Source: a virus. Taken from it: 64,000 nt of DNA. Positions 43,811 to 54,082 of the stretch are shown one piece after another (position 1 is the first letter of the stretch; every line of letters begins with the position of its first letter). The DNA lies in IMG/VR virus record IMGVR_UViG_3300013114_000583, positions 32,001 through 96,000 of that record; one strand, written 5' to 3'. The translations under genes were made by a program, and so were the position numbers. The notes under the pieces were generated by a model. The model had not been told where the DNA came from. It saw only the letters and a list, made by a program, of their open reading frames with translations, and made no database searches.

Positions 43811-44604
43811 AATTTTACTCCACTACTTTTTAAATTAAAAAAAACATCTCTACTATAATTCAACTCAAGTCTCTCATTCTTTATATATTCTACATAATTT
43901 TCCCACGAATTGCAAGAAAAATAATCATTCACCTCTATTTTTTTATACTCGCGGGGACGCGGGATGTTCTTAAATTGTAGCCCAGGAGTTTTAAAATACT
44001 TATTATCTTTTTTTAAAGAAATAATTGTTTGTTTTATATAATCCGACTTAAGACAAGCACCTAAATACAAATTATCAAATATGTCACCTTCACGATAGGT
44101 AATAAGGTAATTATCATCCTCTAGCAAATTCAAGCGATGATATTTTATTGTTTCGATATCGTATAAACCATAGCAAAAAGAAATATAATATTTTTTAGGA
44201 ACAAGCCATCTAGATAACTTATTGGAAAAATGATACACAGCCAGGACGGTATTCATGAAATCCCACGCTACACCACTTCTTCTCAACTTATCTTTGGGGT
44301 GCACACAATAATAATATAAAGGTATCATGACCCTATTATCTCTTGGAAATTTTGTGTAATTAGATTTATTTAAATTCACGGGATCTCGAACAAAATCCCC
44401 CAACCTCTCTCTAACAAGAGGCTGCATCAATTCATCACAGCAAATCCAAATAGAGCTGCAGCCGGCGAATGCACACTCCAAGACAGAACCTTCAATAGAA
44501 GTTAAATTCTCGCTAATTCTTTGTAACGACGGATGCCACGGAAAATTATTTTCCAGATTATAGACCGAAGTAATAACAACACCAACAGGTTTACTCTTCA
44601 TCAA
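43807..44604 (-). CDS. hypothetical protein, degenerate nucleotidyltransferase-like
   Basis: SIEGSVLECAFAGCSSIWI resembles a sugar-NTP-transferase N-terminus. Confidence 0.5.
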   Translation of the reverse strand: MMKSKPVGVVITSVYNLENNFPWHPSLQRISENLTSIEGSVLECAFAGCSSIWICCDELMQPLVRERLGDFVRDPVNLNKSNYTKFPRDNRVMIPLYYYCVHPKDKLRRSGVAWDFMNTVLAVYHFSNKLSRWLVPKKYYISFCYGLYDIETIKYHRLNLLEDDNYLITYREGDIFDNLYLGACLKSDYIKQTIISLKKDNKYFKTPGLQFKNIPRPREYKKIEVNDYFSCNSWENYVEYIKNERLELNYSRDVFFNLKSSGVKF

Positions 44605-45292
44605 AGAACCTCACCTTTTCCGTATCCTCGTATAACGAAACCCCCCTTTTAAAGATATCTCTTCTATAACAATTCAAATCTAAATTTAAATGTATCTGAT
44701 TTCCTGAATTATCAAATCCATTCTTGCGTCCTAGGTGCCCCAAATCAACCAACCTATTTATGAGCTTAAATTTGGCATAAGTATCGGAATATTCTAAAGA
44801 ATTGAGCTGCTCTTGTGTCAAAAAAGATTTAGATATGCAAACCTTATTAAGTCCTGGTACGTCAAACCAGATCTTCTTCATAAAAGGTTCATCAGCATTC
44901 ATCTCCGCAGTTGGCAGAAAATCTATAGAATCTAGCGTAAACCAATCATAAACTAAAAAATTCTTTTTTTCACCAATATAAGAAGAACACTTAACCACCA
45001 GATTTTCTGTATCTGTCACCAAGCATTCTTCGAAGTGCACATCAAACACCTTGTTGTTTTTTAATAAAATTGCGGCATGGTCCTCGTTTAAAGTAATGCT
45101 CCTAACCTTATTAAAAAATAATGCTTTACCGCTAATGTTAAGGTCAAAAACCAATTTATTAAATTCCTCATGCTCTTTTTCCATAAAAAAAGGAGATGCC
45201 ACGACGGTAGATACAATAAAAGAATCATCTCTTTTATTGACCTCTCTCAGGGCTCTTATACTGAAGCCAATAAATAGTTGTTTTACAAACAA
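44591..45292 (-). CDS. hypothetical protein
   Basis: 233-aa ORF coupled to neighbours. Confidence 0.7.
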   Translation of the reverse strand: MFVKQLFIGFSIRALREVNKRDDSFIVSTVVASPFFMEKEHEEFNKLVFDLNISGKALFFNKVRSITLNEDHAAILLKNNKVFDVHFEECLVTDTENLVVKCSSYIGEKKNFLVYDWFTLDSIDFLPTAEMNADEPFMKKIWFDVPGLNKVCISKSFLTQEQLNSLEYSDTYAKFKLINRLVDLGHLGRKNGFDNSGNQIHLNLDLNCYRRDIFKRGVSLYEDTEKVRFFDEE

Positions 45293-47460
45293 ATACCAAG
45301 ATTCCAGTCATATAGAATCTCGCGGCGTCGGACGAGGGCGTAACCGTGATAAGGCAATGAGGGAAAATGTATCATTGCGCCGGCATCATCCCCCTCTTCT
45401 TCTTCTTCTTCTTGGCGGTTGTTGATACAGGCAGCCTCTTCAATGGCTTCCGTAATTGTATCTGTGATCTGCTGAGCATGCTGAATGCCAAAACCAGCCA
45501 ATCCGTCAGAGTGCACCGCGCCGAAATCGATGAGTGGTTGATAGCTCCAGCTATTTTGAGGATTACCAATTATAAATACCATTCCATTCGCATGAGCCAT
45601 GGCGCTAGCTGCAGCATGATTGTTAAACTCGGCGCCTTGCGCTTGCTCATCCCCAATGACAATAACTATGCGATGAGTGTATTCGCGGAGATCGACCTCC
45701 CACGCATCTTCGATACCCTGAATTTGTGCCGCTGGGCGGTTAGTGCTCCATAGAATGTTATCGTCGATGCCATCGTGATCCCAGTCAATTCTATCATCGG
45801 TAAAGAATTTTCCAATTGCATCTAATGTGTTCTCGGTCGAGCCCCCCTGGTTGATTGTGCCTGCTCGCAGATTTAGTCTCAAAGTATTGACAGCATTAGC
45901 CATATCTTCAATGGGCACTACTGGTGGATCTTCTACGCCGGGGACGCAAGTGTCCCCAGGGTAGAACAAGTAAGGATCTGGCATCTCATCGTTGCCAACC
46001 ACGGCTAACATATAACACACATCCACTACACCATCATTGAATAACCTTTGTACTGAATTTCGGGTAGCATCGAATGCGATACCTAGCTCTCCCTGGTCCA
46101 TGGATCCAGAGACATCCACCACCATCATAACTGCTACGCTGCCCTGTAAGAAATCTTCGTCTGCTAGGCCATCACAATCATCATCTTCTTCATTGCATCT
46201 CTCTACACCGGGGCGAATTTCTTGCTGACAGTCAAAATACCCATACTGCATTACGCCTTGAGCATCGCGGCGGGATTCGCAAAATGCGGCACCAAGGCGG
46301 CATTCGCCAGCAACATATTGGGGGCCATCTTCGCGTTGTGCATATGTTAATACCTCGTTTGTAAGTAAATCTGTGGAGCATAACATTGACAACGGGCCGC
46401 CATCCGGGCCTTCATCAATGAAACCATCACAATCTTCATCCGCGCCGTTGCACCTCTCTGGCTGAGGGACGTAATCTGGATGATCACAAGCACAGACCTC
46501 GTCAGCGAAGTCTTCGTCTATATTTCCATCACAATCGTTGTCCATGAAATCACACAATTCACGCGGGAGGGCTCCGCATTCGCCACAAGCATTCAGTAGT
46601 CCCTCATCAATCTCGCCGTCGCAATTGTTATCAACCCCATCACACACTTCGATAGGATCTTCTCCGCATTCTCCACAAACATTCAACAACCCCTCGTCGA
46701 TGTTGCCGTCGCAGTCTTCGTCAAAATGACCGCCATCACAGACTTCGACCGGGTCCGGGCCGCACTCACTACAGACGTTTAAAACCCCTTCGTCAGTTTG
46801 GCCATCGCAGTCATTGTCCCGCCCATCACACTCCTCAGCTGAAGGCAATATTTGCTGCTCACACGAGCCGTATTCATAATAAGTTTCAAGCCCGGCGTCG
46901 GTGGTCACGGATACTTCTCGACATACTGATATCCCAGACATACAGGTTCCCTCTTTCGAAGACCCAGGAGGCCCGGTATAACAGCTCACAAATAATATGG
47001 GGTTTTGAGGCTCAGCGAAGTTATCTGCTAAATTTTGATGGGACTCATTTATTTGTCCGTCACAGTCGTTATCTAATTCATCGCAAACCTCGGTTCTAGG
47101 AAAGTTAACAGGGTTACACTGAGACCAACTCGTTACAAAGCAGGTTTTTTCTCCAACAGCACAGGGACCCAAAAGGCCAGGGAGTTGACACTCTTCTCTC
47201 AGACCCAATCGTTCACAAATTTGTGGTGGGGAGGCATCGAGCTGAGCATCGGGTGGGGATGCGTCCCATTGATACACCACTCTAGAATCTTGCGAAATTG
47301 TGCCGGCGGTGGAATCATCAACAATGGAATCGCGAGTGGTGATGAGGCGGGGTGGTGCATCCTGTTGCGCATCAACTAACAGGGGCGAAGAGGTGTTGTC
47401 AGAGCACGCCGTGGTGAGGGCCCAAACAGCGCATAAGGCTATTTTTATTTTATGTTTCAT
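45283..47460 (-). CDS. lipoprotein with Cys/Asp metal-binding (MopE-like) repeats and a VWA domain
   Basis: Lipobox LTTAC; 7 repeats E.C[DN]..D.[DN]CDG..DE; VVDVSGSM MIDAS; IVIGDE. Confidence 0.85.
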   Translation of the reverse strand: MKHKIKIALCAVWALTTACSDNTSSPLLVDAQQDAPPRLITTRDSIVDDSTAGTISQDSRVVYQWDASPPDAQLDASPPQICERLGLREECQLPGLLGPCAVGEKTCFVTSWSQCNPVNFPRTEVCDELDNDCDGQINESHQNLADNFAEPQNPILFVSCYTGPPGSSKEGTCMSGISVCREVSVTTDAGLETYYEYGSCEQQILPSAEECDGRDNDCDGQTDEGVLNVCSECGPDPVEVCDGGHFDEDCDGNIDEGLLNVCGECGEDPIEVCDGVDNNCDGEIDEGLLNACGECGALPRELCDFMDNDCDGNIDEDFADEVCACDHPDYVPQPERCNGADEDCDGFIDEGPDGGPLSMLCSTDLLTNEVLTYAQREDGPQYVAGECRLGAAFCESRRDAQGVMQYGYFDCQQEIRPGVERCNEEDDDCDGLADEDFLQGSVAVMMVVDVSGSMDQGELGIAFDATRNSVQRLFNDGVVDVCYMLAVVGNDEMPDPYLFYPGDTCVPGVEDPPVVPIEDMANAVNTLRLNLRAGTINQGGSTENTLDAIGKFFTDDRIDWDHDGIDDNILWSTNRPAAQIQGIEDAWEVDLREYTHRIVIVIGDEQAQGAEFNNHAAASAMAHANGMVFIIGNPQNSWSYQPLIDFGAVHSDGLAGFGIQHAQQITDTITEAIEEAACINNRQEEEEEEGDDAGAMIHFPSLPYHGYALVRRREILYDWNLGICL

Positions 47461-48154
47461 TTAAAACTCCTTTAATTTCTTTGTAGGCGCCAACAGAGAC
47501 AGGAAAATATTCTTGTACAATGTCAAGGCACGCTTTAGCCACCTGTTGGATCTCCCATTGGGCACCGGGATGAAGTCTTAACATCACAAACTTCATAAGG
47601 TTATGAAGACTAACCGTGCCATAATACTGAGTGTACATGTTTTGCGGAAGTACGCCCCTGGCTTGTTCTCGGCAGACACCATGACGCAGCAAACTATTAT
47701 AAAGTGAGACACATTGTGTGTGATGTTGTTTGACGGCATCACAAGCTTTATCGTAACCATTAATTAGTCCTGATAAAGTCGGGTTAACCAACTCTGGATT
47801 GCTAGCTTGTCTGTTAGAGAGGTGTTGGGTCCTAAAAAACTTTGGTTCATAAAACTGCAGATTTAGACTTGTATATCTTCTACTTATCTCATTATAAGCC
47901 CAAGTTCGGTGACGATGATGCTGGGATCTTACATAAAGAGGTACCGTGAAGCGTAATGTAACAGAGCAGTGCTCAAAAGGACTTGTGTGATCGTTGGAAA
48001 TCAAATATTTTATTAACTTAATATCGCTTTCATCTAGTTCTGTCTTTTCTACAGCGAAAGAAACACGAGCAGCGTTAACAACAGAGAGGTCGTCTCCCAT
48101 GTGTGCAACATACTCAACTGCACCGATATTGTCTTCAAATAAATCAATCCTCAT
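47450..48154 (-). CDS. thyX: flavin-dependent thymidylate synthase
   Basis: AARVS, HTSPFEH, RHRTWAYNEISRRY, REQARGVLP, AQWEI. Confidence 0.96.
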   Translation of the reverse strand: MRIDLFEDNIGAVEYVAHMGDDLSVVNAARVSFAVEKTELDESDIKLIKYLISNDHTSPFEHCSVTLRFTVPLYVRSQHHRHRTWAYNEISRRYTSLNLQFYEPKFFRTQHLSNRQASNPELVNPTLSGLINGYDKACDAVKQHHTQCVSLYNSLLRHGVCREQARGVLPQNMYTQYYGTVSLHNLMKFVMLRLHPGAQWEIQQVAKACLDIVQEYFPVSVGAYKEIKGVLNET

Positions 48155-48467
48155 CCAACCCCCGTAAAATGCCAAGAATATAGTTTTCTAAAATTGCATG
48201 ATATTTTTTATCACTTACTACAAATTCCTCAATCATGTTTTTATCAACTACAATCATACCTCCATCGATCTGATATCCCGTACGTAATTTTTTAAGATCC
48301 GAAGCGCAATCTGAGGCAACATTCAGAACTGTAGCCGTGATGTATCTTTCTTCTTGAGGTTTATAATCCTCGGGAAGCAAGACCGCAGTGTCTGTCTTTG
48401 ATGGATAATGGGGTATAATCGTCACATATCTGTTAACAGGTTTCAAATTTTTTGAAAATTTAAACAC
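48144..48467 (-). CDS. groES: GroES-like co-chaperonin (divergent)
   Basis: LKPVNRYVTI, VLLPE mobile loop, ATVLNV, ILENYILGIL. Confidence 0.65.
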   Translation of the reverse strand: MFKFSKNLKPVNRYVTIIPHYPSKTDTAVLLPEDYKPQEERYITATVLNVASDCASDLKKLRTGYQIDGGMIVVDKNMIEEFVVSDKKYHAILENYILGILRGLDED

Positions 48468-48723
48468 CGGTCAAGCCCCCTTGCTTTTTTAAGTTGTTAA
48501 AGAAGTCAGTCAACTGATCCATATCAGTGTCCGACTTCAGCAGCCGATAGGCCTTAACAGCCAGCCTCATCTCTTCTTTTGAAAGCCACCCATTTTCATG
48601 ATAGCTTTCTCTCAAGTCTCTTTTCTGATCCTTGAAGGGCTCCATGGCTGTTTCAATCGCTGCGACAGACCTTATGTAGCCCCTAATTCTTTCCTCTGTG
48701 GTTATCTCTTTTTCTTCACTCAT
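48460..48723 (-). CDS. GapR/DUF2312/T4 DsbA-like DNA-binding protein
   Basis: ERIRGYIRSV..IE...KRDL.E.Y.ENG..KEEM. Confidence 0.6.
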   Translation of the reverse strand: MSEEKEITTEERIRGYIRSVAAIETAMEPFKDQKRDLRESYHENGWLSKEEMRLAVKAYRLLKSDTDMDQLTDFFNNLKKQGGLTGV

Positions 48724-48743
48724 ATTGAGCTCCTTTCTATTTT

Positions 48744-48772
48744 AGAATAACAAAAATTCTTCCAATTGTCAA
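48744..48772 (-). promoter_or_regulatory. sigma70 promoter
   Basis: TTGACA-17-TATTCT. Confidence 0.7.
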
Positions 48773-48777
48773 ATACT

Positions 48778-50640
48778 TTATACATGTTTTATTTCACATA
48801 AGCCGCCGCTACAAGCAATTTCACCGGATAAATCCGTGTTATCTTCATTTTCAATGATCTTCGTGAGATCAATTTCCTTTAGCAACTGCACGCCAACATC
48901 ATAAGTTTCCTTTGAGCAAGTTTCAAACGGAGCTTGTGTATACGTTCCCCCGTCATAAGGAAGAACCGACAAGCCATTATAATAATTTCTATTATCCCAC
49001 ATCCACTCGCCGACGTCGGCCCACTCTGCATCCTTTATGGAAACAGTCGCAGACACATTGTGTGTATTTTGCCCCTTTTGAAACCCAGGCAGCACCCAGC
49101 CCTCAGTGACGGCCTTAACTCTCTTCAATAATTGCAAAGCAGACTCAGATCTCAAAGTAGCCCCAGAAGGAGCAGATTGAGGGACTGTGATAACTGATGT
49201 TGTGTGTGGACTAAAGTACTCATCCTCTATCAACTCTGGGTGTTTAGCGTTTAAAAATTGATAAATTGTTTCGTTTTTATTAACGCGGAGGCGCCTAACA
49301 TAATACTCATCATGCCAAGCATGAATCCCTGAAGACGTCCCCAGAACCAAAGAAGTGGTGCCGGCAGGCTTTACGCACGTTGTTCGAGCGGCAAAGCGAA
49401 TACCAATCTGGCTAGCAACTCTCCTATTTTCTTTTTTGACTTCCAAAGCTGCAGAAACGAGGTCGAGATCCAGAACCTTACCGGAAGCAATACCAGTCAT
49501 AGACACACCTATGAGGGCGTCTTTCTCTGTTGTAGTTTTCCAAATGTCTCTCAAATAGTGAAAGTCAGTATAACTAGCCTGTAAGGTTCCTATAAATGCG
49601 GCTGCGCGGCAACGGTCTTCAAGATCTTCCTGGCTTTCTATGTTTGATACATTAACCTCTGTAAGATTACAAAATTGATTTGGCCTTAAACCAATTTCAC
49701 AACATGGGTTTGTGCCCCAATCTTTATCATTCGAAAAATAAAACCCCGGTTCGCCAGCGCCGGAGGCGCGTACCCTATCCCACAGCGACATGAAATACTC
49801 TTTATCTATTTTATGCCTCAACAAAACTACAGAGTTGTTGGCTCGGCCTCGCTGAGGGTTGGTTTCCCACCAATTGCCGGTTTTGGCCGAAATCATTTCT
49901 TGATCATCCGCAGAGAACAAAGATATCAATGCCGCGCGGCGAATTCCGCCCGCTAGAACAGCATCCGCGACATGACACATCATATCATGAACCTCTATTG
50001 GCTGCAACTTATCTCCGTTTTCCTTTTCAGAAAGAATTCCTTCTAATTTTACCAAACATTCTCGCAACGGCTGAGGGCCGGGGGCCTTGCCGCCAGAAGT
50101 TACTAGGCGGGCGCCTTTTGGGCGAACATCAGAGTAATCAAATCGCAGCCTTGGTCCTCCGGTAAAGTAACTTCTAACTAAAGCTTTAACCGCGTCGGAC
50201 CAGCCTTCTATAGAGTCGCCAACCAAGAATCTGCGTGTTCTTTTAGAGCTTGGAGAGTGTATTTCTGGCAACTTGTTTGTGTGGTGGGCCTGGACGCTAT
50301 AACCCACCCCTGTTCCACCCAATAACAAAAACATTGCTTCACCAAAAGCACGCCAATCATCCACAGGCATATAGGCGCAATTAAAAATCCTGTTTGGCGC
50401 AACTTCTATAGGCTTTCCGCCGAATTGCATAGACCTCATGGAAGGCAAAACTTTCTTTTCGTAAACAAGCTTATAAGCCTTATGTATCTGTAACTCAAGT
50501 TGAGGAAATTTCTTAAGGTGCATATTAAGGTTCCTGGTTACAAGCTCCTGCCATGTTTCCCTTCTATTCTTCTCTTCTAAAAATCTAGCATACTTCATAT
50601 AAACTGTTATATCAGACAATATCTTGTTTTCTACATTCAT
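48778..50640 (-). CDS. nrdJ: class II (B12-dependent) ribonucleotide reductase
   Basis: RIFNC, GGIRRAA, TNPCCEI, CNLTEV, VKPAGT, C-terminal CSGGLC; no NrdB in window. Confidence 0.92.
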   Translation of the reverse strand: MNVENKILSDITVYMKYARFLEEKNRRETWQELVTRNLNMHLKKFPQLELQIHKAYKLVYEKKVLPSMRSMQFGGKPIEVAPNRIFNCAYMPVDDWRAFGEAMFLLLGGTGVGYSVQAHHTNKLPEIHSPSSKRTRRFLVGDSIEGWSDAVKALVRSYFTGGPRLRFDYSDVRPKGARLVTSGGKAPGPQPLRECLVKLEGILSEKENGDKLQPIEVHDMMCHVADAVLAGGIRRAALISLFSADDQEMISAKTGNWWETNPQRGRANNSVVLLRHKIDKEYFMSLWDRVRASGAGEPGFYFSNDKDWGTNPCCEIGLRPNQFCNLTEVNVSNIESQEDLEDRCRAAAFIGTLQASYTDFHYLRDIWKTTTEKDALIGVSMTGIASGKVLDLDLVSAALEVKKENRRVASQIGIRFAARTTCVKPAGTTSLVLGTSSGIHAWHDEYYVRRLRVNKNETIYQFLNAKHPELIEDEYFSPHTTSVITVPQSAPSGATLRSESALQLLKRVKAVTEGWVLPGFQKGQNTHNVSATVSIKDAEWADVGEWMWDNRNYYNGLSVLPYDGGTYTQAPFETCSKETYDVGVQLLKEIDLTKIIENEDNTDLSGEIACSGGLCEIKHV

Positions 50641-52013
50641 CCCTTTGATTCCTCCTTGTGTTCTTTGTAAAGGTCTTTTATTCTTTTTATCTTATCTCGT
50701 GCGCGCTGTCTTATATCCTGCTCTTGCTCCTCGCCCGTAAAAGGCTGGAGGACTTTTATTTTAACATTGCTGGTATCCATAAACACAGGATACACCAGTC
50801 CATCGGGCCCGTTTCGATTTTTTGCAATGAACAACCGGCCACCATTCGTACTTTTATCCTCTATTGTTCTAGACAAAGAAAATATGAAATCAGCAACAAA
50901 GCATTTGTTAAATGCTTCGGAGATGGATTCCATTGTAATGACTTCAGCATTCAAACCAGATCGGTTTGTTTGAGAGGCCGTCCAAACAGGACACTCATAA
51001 ATTTGGGATATCCCACGGAGCTCTTCATAAATAGTTTCTAACTGATGTCTCTTTTCTTCTTTTTTATAAGAAACAGGTTTTATTAGGTCCCCATAATCTA
51101 CTATTATGACACCTGGGGAAATGCCTCGATTTTTCAACTTCTCCAGGTGCGATTTTAATGTCTGTATTGTCGCTGATCTTGTGGGATACTCTTTAACTAT
51201 TAGGCGTCCCGGGATTTCTTTTATTTCTTCGTATATCTTCTCCTTTAGGGGTATTAAATCTTTAAGGTGAACGCCCGTGATGCAGCTATCATACCTAGAG
51301 GCAACAACGGTATCAGACAACTCTAAAGTATAATGCACAACAGTTTTTCCACTCAACAAAGCTTGAGCGCCTAGATGCGTTAAAACCATGGATTTGCCGG
51401 CGCCAGTTGGGGCAATGACAACACCTAATTCTCCTCTCCCTAGGCCCCCCTTAAGCAGAGGATCAATGCGCGCCCAACCCGTAGAAACGGGATTCCTTGA
51501 AACCAGCTGGAACCTGGCTTCAAAATCTGTTATATAATCGTACCCAAAATCATTTGACGTGCCTAAGTTAATGGCATCATTGATAACAGAAGCCACTTCG
51601 TCGAAAGAGGAGTTCTTTATCAGGTCCACTGATTTTATTAAAGCTTCTTTTAGTTTTTGTTTTTTACAGAAATCTAGTGATGTTCGCTTAATATAATCAG
51701 AATCATTTATTTCCCCGGAAGCAAGAACGCCAGCATAGTAATCTCTCAGTCTGATTTTAATGGACTCAGGCTCGGACTCTAGCTCTGTCCTCAAGACCGA
51801 CTTCATGATTGAAGTAGACGGGTGGACCGAATATCTTTCCCGATAGTTCAAGATCCTTCTTATAAATACCTGTAAATATCTTAATTCAAGAAAGTTTATA
51901 TCCAGAACCTCAAAAATCTGATCGGCAAATGATCGATCGACTAATATTAGGTGACACAAATTTTCTTGAAAAGACTTCCCAAATTTAGAAAAATCAATAT
52001 GACCTTCTGACAT
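50637..52013 (-). CDS. dnaB: replicative helicase, DnaB/T4 gp41-like
   Basis: APTGAGKS, TLEL, IIVDYGDL, TASQTNR, KNRNG. Confidence 0.93.
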   Translation of the reverse strand: MSEGHIDFSKFGKSFQENLCHLILVDRSFADQIFEVLDINFLELRYLQVFIRRILNYRERYSVHPSTSIMKSVLRTELESEPESIKIRLRDYYAGVLASGEINDSDYIKRTSLDFCKKQKLKEALIKSVDLIKNSSFDEVASVINDAINLGTSNDFGYDYITDFEARFQLVSRNPVSTGWARIDPLLKGGLGRGELGVVIAPTGAGKSMVLTHLGAQALLSGKTVVHYTLELSDTVVASRYDSCITGVHLKDLIPLKEKIYEEIKEIPGRLIVKEYPTRSATIQTLKSHLEKLKNRGISPGVIIVDYGDLIKPVSYKKEEKRHQLETIYEELRGISQIYECPVWTASQTNRSGLNAEVITMESISEAFNKCFVADFIFSLSRTIEDKSTNGGRLFIAKNRNGPDGLVYPVFMDTSNVKIKVLQPFTGEEQEQDIRQRARDKIKRIKDLYKEHKEESKG

Positions 52014-52991
52014 TTATGCTGTTTCTTTCTTTCTGCTCAGAGAAATAATATTATTACAACAAATAAACAAATCGTTTAAGCCAACCTCCCCAAACCCTTC
52101 TTCTATCATCAATTTTCTCAACTCAGTTTTGTTGAAGTGGGGGCGCCAATTCTCTACTGTCTCTTTTATTTCCTCTCTAACAATAGCAGAAATCAAAGGA
52201 TTTATCAATTGCATAATTTTAAAATTCAATTGAATTTTGTCCTTCGAGTCTAAAATCTTTTGATATGTGCTAGAGCTGCTAGAGTTTTCTTGACAGTGAG
52301 TTATCACATCCTCCAAAAGCAGGCCGCGGTCTTCTGCGAGGTGAGGAAACCTTTTGCTCACAGTGGTCAAACCAACCCCCCTAACTCCTTCTAGATTATC
52401 GCTTTTGTCCCCAACAATTGATCGCGCGATGCAAAAATTACTCGGATGAATCCCGTATTTTTCCACAACTCTTTTAACATTCAAAACTTCAGATTGGGTC
52501 GGCCGAAATAAGACGGTCTTTTCATCAAGGACTTGAATAAAATCTTTGTCACTAGAGACTATAACTTTTTGCCATTCCTCAAAATAAGACAGAGACTTAA
52601 CATAAGAAATGATGTCATCAGCTTCAATAGCCTCTTTCATAAATTGGAAGACAGGCACCTGATTGAGCATCTCTATTAGTTTAGTTTGTTGCCAAATCCT
52701 ATTTTCAAGCTCTTGTGCGGGACTCAGCTTTTCAGAAGTCCTGTTTAACCTTCTTGGGGGTTTTCTACCCGCCTTGTAATTCTTGTTGTAAGATTTTCTT
52801 TTTTGCGACCCGCCGACACCATCCCAAACAATGCAAACAGCATCCGGTTTGATCTCCCTTGTTAATTTATTAAGGATCTTTAGAAAACCTTTGCAGCCAC
52901 CAATGTGATGACCATTAGAAGATAAACTTGGATCAACAATGTACGACCTTATAAATTGATTTTGTGCATCAATTATCATTAACCTCTTCAT
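52014..52991 (-). CDS. 5'-3' exonuclease / flap endonuclease (PolI N-terminal, T4 RNase H-like)
   Basis: IIDA.N, VWDG, YKAGR, EADD, SSDKDF.Q, GDKSDNLEGVRGVG. Confidence 0.93.
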   Translation of the reverse strand: MKRLMIIDAQNQFIRSYIVDPSLSSNGHHIGGCKGFLKILNKLTREIKPDAVCIVWDGVGGSQKRKSYNKNYKAGRKPPRRLNRTSEKLSPAQELENRIWQQTKLIEMLNQVPVFQFMKEAIEADDIISYVKSLSYFEEWQKVIVSSDKDFIQVLDEKTVLFRPTQSEVLNVKRVVEKYGIHPSNFCIARSIVGDKSDNLEGVRGVGLTTVSKRFPHLAEDRGLLLEDVITHCQENSSSSSTYQKILDSKDKIQLNFKIMQLINPLISAIVREEIKETVENWRPHFNKTELRKLMIEEGFGEVGLNDLFICCNNIISLSRKKETA

Positions 52992-54081
52992 AATAGTTTG
53001 AAGCCTTTCCCTCTCTGTTGCTGAATTTTTTAATTACGTCTTCATCCATTATTTCCAATACACGGGCCTCAAAAGTCGGATCCTCCAAATTCTCCAGCCA
53101 ATTTTTTCTTTGAAATTTCTTTTCTGTTTTATCATTAAAAACCAAAGTAAACCACGCGCCAGATTGCTTAAGACTGCTTGACATCTGTATGGCATCAAAC
53201 CAACTTTCCCGGTCTTGAATGCCGATTTCGTCATCACCCCACAAAATCTTAAAATTACAAGCTCTCCCTTGAGTTCCAAATCTAGACTTTTCAAGTTTAA
53301 CTTTTACCTCAGACCCAACCCTGAACCCATTCTTGTCAACAACATAAGAAGCCTTTGCTTTTCGGCCGGTGAGCCATATTCTCAAGGAATAAGCATAGTG
53401 CATAGCTTTGCCACCCGGTGTTATCCAAGGTGTCACCATGGCTTCGGAGGGCATTCTTGTTATATTTGTTTTCAGCTGGTTCAAAACCAAAAAAGTTGCT
53501 TGTTTTAAAGCTATGGGCTGAGTTATTTTACTCATGCCTTTGGATAATATTCGTGGTTTCATGGCCATTGACGACTGGGGGTTGAAATCTCCCTCTAAAT
53601 CAGAAATAGATGGCGTTAGCGCCAGAGAGTCCCAAATGAATAACCACTTATTGTCTGTTGCTAATAAGTTCTCTATAGTTTCTAAAACAAATTCTACATT
53701 TTGGGCTGGTATATATATCAACCTGTCTAAGTCGCACCCAGCTCTCTCCATAAATCCCGGGTCCATTGCAGATTCAGAGTCAAAATATACAACATCAATG
53801 CCCATCTTCTGGGCATTCGCTGCAATCTGTGTGGCCATGTATGACTTGCCAGTAGACTCAAGGCCTGCAATTTCTGTAATTTTACCAACAGGGATTCCCG
53901 CAAGGGATCCTTTGCAGATAATAGAATCCAACCAATGAGACCCAGTTGGGATCCACTCTTTCACCTCTGTCGGGTTTTCCTCTTTAAGGCTGTGGGCTAT
54001 TGTACGGCCCGCCCCCTTATTGAGGGCGGCGCGCACTTGATTTAAGTCTAGAGTACCCTCTGATAAGGATTTTCTAGACAT
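52969..54081 (-). CDS. recA: RecA/UvsX recombinase
   Basis: GLESTGKS, FDSE, WDS, NQ, TPGGKA. Confidence 0.93.
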   Translation of the reverse strand: MSRKSLSEGTLDLNQVRAALNKGAGRTIAHSLKEENPTEVKEWIPTGSHWLDSIICKGSLAGIPVGKITEIAGLESTGKSYMATQIAANAQKMGIDVVYFDSESAMDPGFMERAGCDLDRLIYIPAQNVEFVLETIENLLATDNKWLFIWDSLALTPSISDLEGDFNPQSSMAMKPRILSKGMSKITQPIALKQATFLVLNQLKTNITRMPSEAMVTPWITPGGKAMHYAYSLRIWLTGRKAKASYVVDKNGFRVGSEVKVKLEKSRFGTQGRACNFKILWGDDEIGIQDRESWFDAIQMSSSLKQSGAWFTLVFNDKTEKKFQRKNWLENLEDPTFEARVLEIMDEDVIKKFSNREGKASNYYEEVNDN

Positions 54082-54082
54082 G

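Noticed and set aside
40385-54081. Inteins or introns in dnaE, nrdJ, helicase or recA
   Set aside because: Lengths are ordinary, reading frames are continuous, and I saw no intein or homing-endonuclease motifs.
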